Of a DNA stretch of 64,000 bases, positions 45,083 through 58,911 are shown piece after piece (within the stretch, counting starts at the first letter, position 1; the number at the start of each line of letters is the position of its first letter). The DNA lies in the NCBI GenBank assembly GCA_001642005.1, contig LWCA01000056.1, forward strand, positions 1,582-65,581, given 5' to 3'. The notes beneath the pieces are model-generated. The model had not been told where the DNA came from and searched no databases. It saw only the letters and a list, made by a program, of their open reading frames with translations. The stretch comes from Intoshia linei. Taxonomy: Eukaryota; Animalia; Orthonectida. Both the position numbers and the translations under genes were made by a program.

Positions 45083-45164
45083 CAGTCGATTCTCTCTATA
45101 CAAACATACATTTCATTGAAATATCCTCTGTACTGAAACGTTTTGGTATAGAGAGAATCGACTG
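45083..45164. mobile_element. 82-bp pogo/Tc1-type MITE
   Basis: Perfect 19-bp TIRs CAGTCGATTCTCTCTATAC / GTATAGAGAGAATCGACTG with TA TSD. Confidence 0.85.
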
Positions 45165-45312
45165 TATATTACAAGGTTTTTGTGTATTTACACTGTATTG
45201 TACAATTTGTACTATTGTAAAATAAATTACATTTATATTAAAATTTTAATTTAAATTAAAATCTAAACATAGTTACCATGATATTATTTTAATTTAAACT
45301 ATAAATATTGGC

Positions 45313-48300
45313 ATGAATGTTTTGAAATATTTTTTAAATGGATCAAAAATTATTCAACGAAAATTCTCTAGTGGTAATATGCACTATATGTAACTATGTG
45401 ACACGGTCGGTAGAACATGACTAAATAAAATAAGTTTTATTAGATTATAATTTATGTAAAGCAGTGTTTCCCAACCTTTTTTACTACATTAACCATTAGG
45501 GGTGTTCCAAAATTTTATAAATTAGGTCCAAATACTGATAAAGTTGCGTGTGATAATTTTATGATAATCGTGAAAAGAAGAAAAATTTTTAGTGGAAGAG
45601 CTTGCCATTTTAAAAATGTTCTACAAAAACTAAAATAAAACTTTATTTACTGGAATGCTACGATGACATCTTGTAGTGATGTTTTGAGTTGTCTTGTGTT
45701 GATCATCATGTTTGATTGTTCACTTTGCACCTTTAAATTTACTTCTACCTCGTTTACTTATTATTTTATAGATGTTTAAAGTTCTTATAATTTTATAAAA
45801 ATTTTCACTAAAAACAAAAATAAATGAGATAGAATTGAATTTAAAGATGCAAAGTGAATAACCAAACATGACGAACAACACAAGACCACTCAAAACATAA
45901 ATACAGGATCTCATCGTAGCATTCCAGTAAATAAAGTTGTATTTTAGTTTTTGTAGAACATTTTTAAAATGGCAAGCTCTTCCACTAAAAATTTTTCTTC
46001 TTTTCACGATTATCATAAAATTATCACACGCAACTTTATCAGTATTTGAACCATGAAATTTAAAAAAAAAGTATAAAAAATCACACCCTATTAACCATAT
46101 TATAGTACTTATTTTGATATTACCAACAATATTTGTTTAACTGCATATTGGATGACCAGATTTTTAGGATAAGAGCGATATAGATTTTATTGTTAATAAT
46201 AATTGAATAAAAATTTTTAAAAAACTAATTTCACAAAATACACATGTAGTAAAATAAATTCTGATTTTTTTTGAAATGGTAGGAAGAATATTTAAATTTT
46301 TATTTTTCAAGGCGAAAGTAAATTTTGTTTATGCTGATAAAGATGAAAATTTCAAACAGTAAAATCTATCTTACTCGCTGTAACAGAAAAAAAATTAAAG
46401 ACTTGTAATTTTTTTGTTTTTAATATTCTGAGACTGTTGCGACATGTCGGATTAAAATAAGATCAAAACCATGTATAATTTTTTTCACGTATAATCAAAA
46501 TATTACGTTTTTGATAATAATAAAAAAAGTTTCCAAATAAAAAAAATACTAAATTGCTTTTTTGATGGAGAAGGCGTCAGTTTTGTCAGATTGAAAATTT
46601 TTGTATACGTTAATTGGATATAGATATAACTGTATCAACAATTTTTTAAAAAATTATATGGTTATTTTCATTTTTTAAAAAAAGGGTAATCTGGAGTTTC
46701 TATCGTGAAAATGCACTTTTTTGAGGTTGTCATTCATGACAATGCTTATGATTTTAATAACTATCCCAGAATTTATGTTTTTTTAAATTTTTGGTGGATT
46801 TTATTTTTAAAAAAAAAAGGGGTTTTTGACGATGAAGGATTCAATTTTGGGAAATATAACTTTAATAAAAACTAAATACAAATATCACCTGCGAAAAATG
46901 TATTAGAAATTGGTTTTTTAAATTCTACGACTGTTAACTTTTTAAATAAACTGTAACACACATACAATCCAATATGATAGAAATAAAGGATATTCATTTT
47001 TTACATGACTACATTTTATTATTATTTGCATTATTCCATTTAGAAAAAATTATATAATACGTTACTGTGCATACGACTAAAAAAACAAAATAAAAATTCC
47101 TATTTTTTAGAAAAAATTTCGTGATTACGCATGAAAAATATCAAATTACTAACTCGTGGGTAAATACCCACAGGTTGGAAATCACTGATGTAAAGTGTAT
47201 ACTGAGAAACCCAAATTGAATGGTTTACATCAGTTTCCATTTAAACTTTTGTCTTAATTAGCAGTGGCAGCTGGCACTAGCATTTCAGGCATTATTTGTA
47301 TAATAATAATATAAATAATAATAATAAATAAGTCAAAAATATACAAATGTATCAGAAATTATCCTAATATAATCTGACACTAATTTATAAATTATAAAAT
47401 TGAGAATAATTAGGAAATTATACTTGTAAATTGATTTTATAATTTAGTTGCACATGCTTCTAATAATTTAAACACAGAATATGGTGTATGGCTAGAAAGT
47501 TTAAAAAAAGTTGAAAATGAAAAATTAGATATCATCAAGTTGGATTCAAAAGTTTTTCTCTCTAATCCAAGGTTTTTTCAATGCCAATTTTTATTATTAT
47601 TAATGTTAATTTGAAGATTGGACGTATTATGGTGGAATGTGGACTGGCAGAAAAGATTGAACAAATTTGTATTTTGAATTTAACCTTTTAAAAGTAATTT
47701 CATAGAATTATGCATTCTTTCCAAATAGAGCTCAAATGCGTGGTGGGGGAAAAAAGCCATGGAGACAAAAAGGACTCGGAAGGGCTCGAGCTGGAAGTAT
47801 TAGATCACCATTATTTGTAAATGGTATGTTTCAGTTAAATATTTTCATTTTGATTTATTCTAATTTTCACAATTATACATTTATATATTGTTAGGCGGAA
47901 AAACGTTTGGTCCTCAAGGTGCTGCTAGTAGATTTTACATGTTGCCTTATAATACGCGAGTTTTGGGGTTGAAAACTGCACTATCTTTTAAATTGTTGCA
48001 GGTTGTATATTTATTTATTTTTTGGTAAATTTACATTTAGGGGGATTTACACGTTGTTGATTCTTTGTTTATACCTGTCCCAAGTAAAAATGTAATTTTA
48101 ATATATTTCTTTGATTAGTTTTTTATAAACTTGTAGTATATCGAAAAATTAATGGAAACTAGAAAGTGGGGTTTCTCTGTACAATATGTTACCACGTAAT
48201 TTCATTTGTTTAATGATTATCTTGTACCCTCAAACATTTTTTGATTTAGTCACAGATTATCATTAGTCGTCGTAAATTTTTAAATATAGTGTTTTCGTAT

Positions 48301-50266
48301 TTATACAGAATCTGATATAAATAATACTAATGATATAATACATATCTTGGATCAATTTCCAATTTTTTGTTTTTAATCATTATAAAGAATAACGTTTCCT
48401 TACATTTTTTTCAATATTTCCTGCTCCCGCTTCTACTATAATGCTATAAATTCGGGTGAACACAATTTCAATATTTTTAAATTTATGATAGATCATGAGC
48501 CAAAATTTTTCGTTGTAATTAGCAAACATAAAATCCAAAAAGTTTATAAGGCCGTTCAAGGGCACAGAATAGCAATTTATTATTTAAATATACAGAGTAA
48601 GAGTATTACTTACTTATATAACCAAATTAATTATAGTAAAGCTGAATAAGGTTCAATTAATATTTTTAAATGTAGAATAACATTTAAATCGATAAATTTT
48701 TATTGTGAATTTTTTATACAAAATTATTAAATTTAGTCAAAATTATATCGTTACAAAGGAATGTTTCGTACATTATTTTTTAACGAGCTGCTAATTTCAT
48801 TGCTCTTACAGGGTGGCGCTGAACTAATGTTTGGAAAAAATTTATTTTCAATCTCTTTAAAATTTTTAACCAGGATTTATCATTGCATGTTATTAACACT
48901 ATGGGTGTGCTAACATTTGAAATTTCTTATCATTTCTATATTTTTCAACTACTGCATATGAAGTATATAACACGCATAGTGTTAATAATAATTTATACTA
49001 GTTAGTATAACTTACAATATTGACTTATTTTTATCAAACTAAATTTAGTAATGATGAAAACACGGCAAATTTGATAGAAGCATGTTCAAATATCAAGGGG
49101 TTCAGTGTCTTGCCAGTTGAAGGTTATTATTATTTAGTTAGTAGTTAGTTTAGGTTAGTTATTATTATTACAATTTCATTATTTTGTCTATTTTTATTTG
49201 ACTGAGATTAGTATTCTCATAGAGATAACTAATATTTTTAAAGGGTCATAATGATGTCTACCACAATTCCTCAGATCCAAGTACATAAGTTATGTAATAT
49301 ACAATTACTAGGTTGACTGTTATGTATTACGTACAAACATCACCTAGCTCTGTCGAGGGCACATTTTTATTATACGAAAAAAATAAATTAACGTTGAAAA
49401 TTTTACTATTAACTATTAAATTCTTTAAAGGAGTGGTTTCCAAATTTGTTTTAGGTGTAACCATCATATCACATTACTTTTTACTTTAAAGTGAATTATT
49501 CCATCTTAATTTTTTGTTTGTTAACATTTGTTTAAAGAATTTTAAAAACAATTTTTATCACATTTTTTTAATTTATTAGACAGAATGTGTTTATAATATT
49601 AAAAATAAAGTAAAAACAGTCCAATTCTAAAAATTGTCATAAATAGCATAAATTGAGAAAAAATAAAATTATAAAAACCTATTTTGTCATTTTCAATGTG
49701 ATGACATATATATAGTACCAATTTAGATTTCTCGGGTTGAACTTTTGTATTTATATCAACTGGAATAAGCTCTATCAGAATAATTATTCATTGATAAATC
49801 TCGTAAGAGTTAATAACATAGTTACGAAATAACAAAATGAATACCAAAGTGTTTTTTTGACCGTGAAAGACGTCACTTTTTGACATTCAAATTTTTTGTA
49901 TACCTTAATATACATTTATATTGTTGAATATCACGATTTAGAATGATACTTTATGGTATTACTGCTTTTATGAATATCATAATACAGTGAAACCACTAAA
50001 ATTGGTCACTTTGAGAAGGTCGTATTATTTAGTAACGATTTTAAAAATAAACCTAAGTGTGACTTACATTTGTATGTATTTTTAATTTTTTATATTTAGC
50101 CCTAAATGTATACGGTTTACTTAAACACGAAACAATAGTCATTACACAAAAAGCTGTTGAACATATTCAAGATTGCATAATAAAATGTTCAAATAAATTA
50201 GACTATCGTGAAAAGGCATACAAAGCTCAAAGGAAAAAGTTGTTGAACAATCAACAATTAATTAAT
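45313..50266 (+). CDS. MRPL4: Mitochondrial large-subunit ribosomal protein uL4m, about 9 exons
   Basis: Presequence-like [20 protein letters not shown]; VWLESL..SNPRLDVL..WQK; [30 protein letters not shown]; FGPQG..FYMLP; [18 protein letters not shown] at 50264-50266. Confidence 0.93.
45462..47187. mobile_element. hAT MITE containing a foldback element and a Helitron fragment
   Basis: TIRs CAGTGTTTCCCAACC...GGTTGGAAATCACTG; perfect TSD ATGTAAAG. Confidence 0.88.
45497..46090. mobile_element. Foldback element with about 250-bp inverted arms
   Basis: TAGGGGTG...CACCCTA termini; arms about 45530-45760 and 45820-46050 are reverse complements; perfect TSD TTAACCAT. Confidence 0.88.
48897..48981. 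mobile_element. 85-bp piggyBac-type MITE
   Basis: TTAA|CACTATGGGTGT...ACACGCATAGTG|TTAA; second copy near 39770-39850. Confidence 0.7.
49307..49720 (-). repeat. Dispersed Helitron-ended repeat
   Basis: About 430 bp shared with 61720-62228; partial copies at 59360-59600 and, inverted, at 52740-52990 and 42270-42365. Confidence 0.75.
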
Positions 50267-52338
50267 AATTTATTATAATTTGTTAATTTCGTTGTTTTAA
50301 TAAAAATTTATTTAATTTTCTTGATAAAAATATGTTTCTTGTATCAAATTTTTTGTTAAAACAGTATGATGTATACAGTGTTTTCTATATACTCCAAACA
50401 TATTAATTTACATAAATAAAATGTATTAACATGTAAAAAATCATTTGTATATTTTATGCTGTGCTCACTGAGCACTGCTCAGAATATTGTATTGTTATAT
50501 AATAACTAAATATTTTTTCTTTAATGTGAAATTTGAAGTTGCATTTTAGCTATAATTATTGATATCCTGGGCAGTGTATGCGACAAGTCGAGCCTCATAT
50601 CATCTTTAACATTCAATCTGTTTATTGACTGTGTTTTTATATGAACAAGCGTATAAAATCCTGCTTCACATAGATACGTTGACAGAAAGATAGTAGAAAT
50701 CTCAAAGTAATCGTAAATACATTTGGATATGAATCAATCATATTAAACCAAAAAGTACTCAGTGGTTTTTCATAGATAATATTACGTGCGGTGTAATCAT
50801 TTATTAATCCAAAACTTCATCATGTATTTTATCAGGAATGGTTTCTATATTGAGTGAAAAAGAACATTTTAAATTATAATACAGAATGTAAAAATATTTC
50901 CGTAACATTATTACTGTCAATATTATATTAAAATAAAAAAAATAAATATATTCATAAAATTTTAATTATCTCACGACGCCCTGATAAATTTCGCGACGCA
51001 CCAGTTAAAAATCATGGTGTTAAGTGTATATAACTGTATCATCTGTAATTTTTTTTAAAATTCTATGACCATTTTCATTTTTAAAAAAAGGTAATCTGGG
51101 TTTTTCATAGTAAAAATAATATTTTTTGAAGTTACCATTTAAGATAATTATTATAATATGACATCGAAAAATAGATAAAATAACATCTAGGGAAAAACTG
51201 TATTTGAAATTGGGTTTCAATAAATAATACGTCTATCAATTTTTTTAACACATAACAGTAAATAAACGGTAACACGTACACATACATTAATTTTTATTTA
51301 CATTGTAAGTAAAGGATTTAAACATTTTATAATGATAATAATACTCTTGGGAAATTTTTACATATTTTGAAGAGTGTCAAATATTTCCTCAAAAATACGT
51401 ATTTATGGTCACAATATTTTAGGTAAAGGATAACAAAAGATAAATAAAAAGCCTTAATAACATTAATTTAATATATAATATTATCTGTTTATACTTGCTG
51501 ATATGTTCATTTATTTGAAGATTGGAATCGTGTTGGGTAATTTTAAGGATGTATTATAATGAGTAATAATCTATTTAGTGAGCCTATTTGCACAATACAT
51601 ACATTTACGTATAATTTTTGAAAAAATAAATTACGTATAAATTGATGGTATCGTGAATCACTATGACCCGGCCCTTATACAGTTTTGTCCACTCAGATAG
51701 TAATTATTGTGCAATTACAAACGAAATAGTTACATTGATGACTTCCATTTGGTTTAGAGTCTACATTTTAGATGACAGTGTCATCATGACACTGGAGTTT
51801 ATGAAATTTCACAATAGTTTGTATCCTAGTGCACAACACTGTAATACCCGCAACAGAATTGACCTGATGGACTCCAATTAATAATGTTCTTATTTTGCTA
51901 AACTTTAGAAAAACCGACAAGTACATTTTTTTGCGAACCCGAAAAACGTACCAAATGTTGTTTTTGTAGTTGTCAGATGTTAGGATTTTATCCGAAAGCT
52001 TAGACGAAACTACATTATTATTTCAAAAAGTCCACTTTTATCCTAAAATTAAGAAAATCTAATAGAAACTATATTTCAATCCCTTAGGAAAAAATTCAAA
52101 TTTATAGATAGTTTTTTAAAAACCGATTTTACCAAAACTTTCGAGAAAAAAATCTTAATCCAACCCTAAAAGAAAAAATCCTTATTTTTAGTTATTTTTT
52201 TGAAAAATTCGATTAAATAAAACGATTTATAGATGGGTCTACTTCATTCAAATTTCTAAAAATATCAAAATGTCAATTTTACACGTTATTACAATTTATC
52301 TTATATTAATATGAATAATAATGATGTATACTGTACAG

Positions 52339-55300
52339 ATAAAGCCGATGCCTGCAGTCAAAATCCATGCACTGGTAAGGCAAAGTGTTACAATATAGAT
52401 ATAAAAACACGTAAGTGTGTCTGTGCATGGCATATAAATTTCTACCATTACCAACTAAATAAGTGCCGTAAATTTTAATTTTGTATATAACAAATTGTAT
52501 CAGTGATTCTCAACATTATCTAACACTTTTATCGCAATTTCTAAATAGATCTTTTGCAAACTCATAACCATTCTCTTAATAAATATTACGTGTTAGTATG
52601 ATTATCTATGCATATTAAAAAATTATTTTAATTATTATTTACTTATACCAGAATTAAACCAATATTAGAATTTAACAAACCTTCTTTTATTCCTTCTGAT
52701 TTTTTTTCATTTTTAAATAATAATTTTTTCATAATAAGTATAGTGTACTTAGTACACCTTTGTTATTATCATTTTTATATTTATTATAATGTTAGTAAAA
52801 TTAACCCAAAATATGTTTTAAAGTGCTGATTACGTTAATTATTAATACAAAATTGATATTTTTTACTTTTCGAAAACAGATACTGAATATACCATCACAT
52901 TAAAAAAAATACATGTTTATTTACAATTTTATTTTTTCTGGAATTTACGATATTTATGACAATTTTTATAGTTTACTGTGTTTACTTTATTTTTAAGATT
53001 ATACACTCATTCTCTCTAATAAATTAAAAAATGGGATCACAAAATTTTTTTTAAATTCTTTACACAAATTTTAAAATAAAATTAAATGAGAATAATTCAC
53101 TTTAAATTAAAATATAATGTTAAATGACCGGTCCGTGATGAAACAAGTTTGGAAATTACTATTTAAAATATTGATAATAGTGAATAGTAGCATTTTTAAG
53201 TTAGATTTTCCTATTGATTTTATGTTTTTGGTAGAATTAAAAAAGTCTAGGCTAATTCTATTCTAGTTTAGGCAAAAATAGGTGCTGTTTGTAGGTAGTA
53301 CATAATATACATATAATAATTGTACGTACTCTCAAATATTCTCAAATAGTTTTCTCAAATACTAACACAATAATTATTGATCTCAAAATAATGCGAAATC
53401 GCTGCATAACTGAAATACCACTCAGGTAAGACACAGTGATGTCACATCACTGTGACATGACGTTGAGAATCACCAAATTATTTTATAAAATTATCTACAT
53501 TTAATTTACATATAAGTTAGTTAACAAATGCAATAGACATAAATGCGAAAATGAAAACTGCATAACAAATACAAAAGTATTGTATCAAGCATATACATGC
53601 AAATGTCACGATGGTTTTTTTGGAACTTTATGTGGTACAGTAGAAGCCGCTTATAGTCATCAAAATTATTTATCAATTGAGATAACAACTTCAGTAAACT
53701 CTCGAAAAGTGACAATTAACATATCACTATAGTTACGGTATTAATTAAACCAATTAGTAATTACTAAGTAGTATAATATTTAAAACAAACACAGCAGATG
53801 TTATTTTTATTGCATTTCTCATACCGTACAGTCCTATATTTTTTTAATTTTTAAAATTCGATCAAAAAGTTAACACCTTAGTGTACATACGGTGTATAAA
53901 CATAATAAAAATATTAATTACTTTATAGACTTTAATTTATGACCAAAATTTAGTTTTTAAATGTTGGGATTAATTTTATTTTGCACTAATAAAAAGTAAA
54001 TTTTAAATAAATTGCGATATAGAACTTTAAACTCATTACTAATAATTTTATTATATGTGGATTGCGTTTATCTTGTATTTCTTAAAAATTCTTGATTTTA
54101 TTTATATATATTCTAATATATTTATATATAATAAAATATAAACAAATATTTCAATTAAAACATTTATCTTCATTTTAAAAAGCCGATTATACCATAAGTT
54201 AGAGATAAAAAGTGCTGTTCCAATGTGATAACTATGAACGGTCTACTATATATACTGTAATAAATTAAATATTTAACCCTTAGACTCCAAAGTACTCAGA
54301 TATGAGTAATTATTCAATTTTATACAAATATTATTATTATATTATGTATTTTATTATACATCATATAGCTTTCGAAAATTTTCAAAGTTCAATGTGTTTT
54401 TTCTTTTTCAATGTTTATTGCGCCCAAATTTTTATGTATTTCACTGGTGCACTGTGAAGTAAAAAAGGTTAAGAAACACGGGGTTAGATTGTAATTAAAT
54501 TAATAATATCATATCAATAAATTTGAGTTTGATTCTCATTCTTGATTGTGTTTTACCGTCTCATTACATAATAAAATTATATCAATAAAAGTTTCACATT
54601 TAGTGGATTATTGTAATACTGCAAAATGTTCAATTGAAAGTAGTTTTATAAATTTGGAATCTGTATATACATGTAAATGTAAAGACATTAGATAATATTA
54701 TGATAATACTTTGAAGGAATGCCGTGGTATAATTATAATCAATTAATGAAATACATTGTATTTAGTTTCTCATTGCGCAATATCGAAATACGAGAATCAG
54801 CAAACTACCTGTATATATAGATGTAAGTTATCAGATACAATACTACATAGTTAATTTTAGTACCCAAGATAATTCAAAATTCAATTATAATAATGAATTC
54901 CTGTTTCGGGTTGTATAAAACAGGGTGCATATTTCAGAAAAAAATAATTTTGAAGATACACTATTATTTTATGCACGCATTAGATGAGTCTATAGTTGTA
55001 GACTGCAAAATATATGATGAAGTTTTAAATATATTTGCAACTACAATTAATGATATCAAAAAAAGTGTTATCAACACCAATCAAGAATATTTTAGACTAC
55101 ACTATGCATATGTTATTCAATGTCGTTTTAAAAATGACAGCGAAAATCTTAGATATCTTTATAGAACGCATTTTTTTTGACAGACGTTTATTTGTATCCA
55201 TTTGCAAACCCAATCATCGTTTATAGTCCAAAAAATCACATAAAAGCAAATTTTAAGACTGACTTGGATAACATTCAGTGTCAATGGAGTTGTGATAATA

Positions 55301-56933
55301 AATGTTCAGAATCGATTGGCAGCAGTATTAGTGATACTGGATCCAATTGCGACATAAAACAAACGTTTGAATTTTGTCACAATCTAGTAAAACAGCAAGG
55401 TTGTGTATTAGATTTAAATAGTTTTGACAAATTTAATAATATAAATAAACATGCATACCTTTTATTATCTGTATCGGTATCATGGCCAATTAATCATCAG
55501 TTGATGAAATCAAAGTTATATACTTCTATAAAATCAATAATTAATTCACCTCAACAGTTTCACACATTTATTTATCGGCCCAAAAATTACCAAAAAACTT
55601 GTAACTTTGAATTTGATTTGATAATAGATCATCAACTTAAAAAACAGTAATTACATCATTATCACATCTTGGTAATTTATTATATTTTTAGTGGTAATGA
55701 AATTTAATAATTTAAATTTAATGTATGTTATTTTGTTATGATTTAGGTAATAGTATATTCATAAAGCAGAAAGTTATATTTTTAGGTATAAATTGTAAAA
55801 TTGGAAATATTTTTTTCATTGTAAAGTTGAATTGGTTTGATAAATTATTTTTTCGTAGATATATACTATACCAAGTCATTCATGGTTCCAGTCCCATATT
55901 AACAAAACTAATTACAGAAGCTAACCAAAGTGGAATGTTTAAAATATTGACTAATATTGTACAATGGGATAGTCATTTAATATCGTGTGAAGTAACCCAA
56001 ATTATTAACGGAATAGAAATATTATATGATTGTAATATATGAATAAATTTAGATAATTTAAAAAATTTTTTTAATAGATGGCAGACAGGTGCAATATATA
56101 TTTAACAATTTGTTGAAAAAAGATTATCCCATAGTAAAAAATTGTATTATTAAATACTACAATACCAGCATTTCTTTTAGTCAAATTTATTTTTATTGCG
56201 ATGCAATAATTGCTGACTATACTCAAGTCAACTACAAATTAAATAATATCGATTTGAATATTCCATATGAGGGTAAAATTTTATAATAAACTGATGCAGT
56301 ACATACAGTTTATTAATTCATTAATATTATAAAACATTAGATACATTGCCAATCATTATACCAATAATAAACTTTGAAAATGAAAAATACATTTATATTG
56401 AAGTAAATTTATGTCATACGTTTAAACTAATTTGCAGTTTAACGAAACAAAAGGTACAATCGATAATTGTATTTATTTATTTTTATATAAAAAATTTATA
56501 ACTTTTTGTAGATATGGGCTAAAAAAACTGATGAAACATTTATTTGGAATACTATATCACAATGTTCAAAATCCATATTTGATTCCAATTTACCACAGGA
56601 AATTATATATGCAATTCTATCCACTTATTTAGGTATTTTAAATTGTTTGATATATTTCAGTAAACCATAGATTTCGAAAAAATATAAAAAAAGAAGAGGT
56701 GAAATATTAAATAAATTATATTTAATATCATTTATAGATCGAGATAATAAAAAGTTGTCTCAGGGTTGCATTAAGTATATTTAGATTTGAAATAGCGGAA
56801 AAGATGAATATAATGATTTTGCATAGAAAAATAGTATTTTAATTTAAAAAAAATATATATATTTAATATTTAGATATTATATTTTTGTCGGAAAAATGTA
56901 ACTGAAACTCCAATAATGATAGGTTTAACATGA
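52339..56933 (+). pseudogene. EGF-repeat extracellular protein gene, partly disrupted; 5' part probably decays back towards 50500
   Basis: Phase-1 EGF exons at 52339-52467 (DACSQNPCTGKAKC..KCVC..C), 53521-53634 (KCNRHKCENENC..YTCKCHDGFFGTLC) and 54604-54726 (in-frame TAA at 54693). Downstream ORFs 54893-55180 and 55177-55650 overlap out of frame at a T run; short-intron exons continue to TGA 56933. Confidence 0.6.
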
Positions 56934-57223
56934 AAGATTACTTTCAGAATTTTTACTTGACAATAAAATAAACAAACGGAAGTTAAAATACAAACTAAGA
57001 CTTGATCTCAGTAAATTAATATGGTAGCATATAAATTTAGAGTAGTCAATTTAATATTCATGAGATAATATTTTTTAATACCAATTAATATGAATATAAT
57101 AAGTTTAATTATATTGATTGATCCCTCATCAGAACTAGTTTTTTCTGTTGAATCCCATATATTGTAAAAAAATGTATAAAAATATTTTATTAATCGTTAA
57201 AAATTGACAAGATGTGTAATTTA

Positions 57224-58911
57224 CTATATATTTAAAAGTTTTCTAGTACTTTCAGGTGTTTTTTTGGAATTGAGTGACCGAGTGAAATACCTAAAAGATT
57301 ATAATAAGTTAAATAAAAAATGGAATTTTAATATTACTTCAGACTACTTAGCATGACAATTTTATCTTTAGTGTAGTTTTGTTTGATTAACTTTATAGTT
57401 ATTGTAGTCTATACTTCAAGTTAAAGTGTTTAAATTTTTATTTAATATTCTAAATAACCTTAAAATTGTTGTTTGGTGAAAATACTCCTGTAGTACAAAT
57501 ATTATCAACGAGAATTATAAGAATAACTTGGCAAGATATGACGTAATTTATTGTGTCTTCAGGTGATTTCATGTTACGTTTAAAGTTTCTATTTTGAAAT
57601 AAATAACTTTAAACATAAATGATGTATTATTATTTATACATAAAGAATTAATATTGAATTATCATATTATAATATAAAAAATATATTACATGACACTGGC
57701 TTGTAAAAGGTTTATAATATTTCCAATATTATGAGATAGAGTTCCATTTTTTTTTTCAATCTAATTTTATTTTAAATTAAATTTCAACAATTTGATATTT
57801 TGAAATCAAGTTTACTGTTTCACAGGATTGCTTTACTTCTAAATTATTAACCATTAAAAAATAATTTTTAATAAAATTATCATATTATATTATTTTTCAT
57901 ATAGCAAATAAACCTTTAAACATTGGATTTACTGAAGATATTAGTGTTCGGACCATTAACAAATCATCATCCGATAAATTAATTTCTGGCTAAGAATGGA
58001 TAAATTTTTAATTGCAATTTACTATAATTATAATCTTACTATCCTTAGTAATATCAAATTGCATATCTATAAAAATTACATTTTTAGCTGAAATATTGCC
58101 AATATTTTTATATCTAGAATAAAAACTCAATTCATTGGTAAGTCTTGTTTCGTAGGTCTGAAAATTAAATTTTTTTCAATTAAAAATTTGAAATTACTTG
58201 TAATATGTCATACTCAAATGCCAAATACAAAATTCCAACAAATAGTCTAACCTTGTTGGACATGTCATCAACTAAACTATGCACATAAAATATTTTAAAT
58301 TAATATTAAAATTACTTGTCTATATTAATGGTTTCATCAAATTTTTCTAGAGTTGTTGATATGTAGTCTTCTAAATTACATTATTATGTAATATACAATT
58401 ATGATTATATAATTATAAAATTTATATCGAATACTTATTAATTAATTGTAACAATGAAAATAATTAAAGGACATGAAATAATTTTAGAAATGCCATACTT
58501 AATCTTTTCTGAATAAAATACATTTTCTTTAATATGTTTAAACAATATTGAATTTTAAGCATGTTTTTCTTTAGTTCAACTTCTTCGGATGCAACAGAAT
58601 AAGCCTACTCATTATATATAAGAATAATCTAAAATTCAAAAAAAATGATACCTTTTTAAGTATATCTTCTCCAGAAACGTAATCTTTCAGTTTACCGATA
58701 TGATCATAAAATTCATTATACAAATTTAATTCTTGAGGGTCTAAACTAGAATACTCCTTGTCTAAATTTAATGATATAATTGTTGAAAAATAAACAAATT
58801 TTGACTTTGAAATTTGAAACACTAACCCTCAAAGTTGATGAACCATTTCCAATCTTCAAATAAGTCCATATCATTAGATTTAACTTTGAAACAGCTGCTA
58901 AGTAGACCCAT
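57224..58911 (-). CDS. CYRI: CYRI/FAM49-like Rac1 interactor, highly divergent, 12 exons
   Basis: MGLLSSCF.. start, WFINFE, LFVGILYLAFEYDILQ-TYETRLTNELSFYSR, VNPMFK, VILIILVDNICTTGVF, LKYFTRSLNSKKTP..LLNI*. Colinear with recalled FAM49B blocks (FFLDFE, FAEILHFTLRFDELK..QNDFSYYRR, ATPMLK, VIILYDHV..GAF, LRYTTKHLN). Confidence 0.8.

Noticed and set aside
42452-46016. Paralogous ORFs 42452-42634 and 45720-46016 as a small gene family
   Set aside because: They are chance frames in the arms of the foldback element.
54604-54870. In-frame TAA/TAG in EGF exons as evidence of stop-codon reassignment
   Set aside because: Nine conserved genes here have no internal stops and end in TAA, TAG or TGA; local decay explains it.
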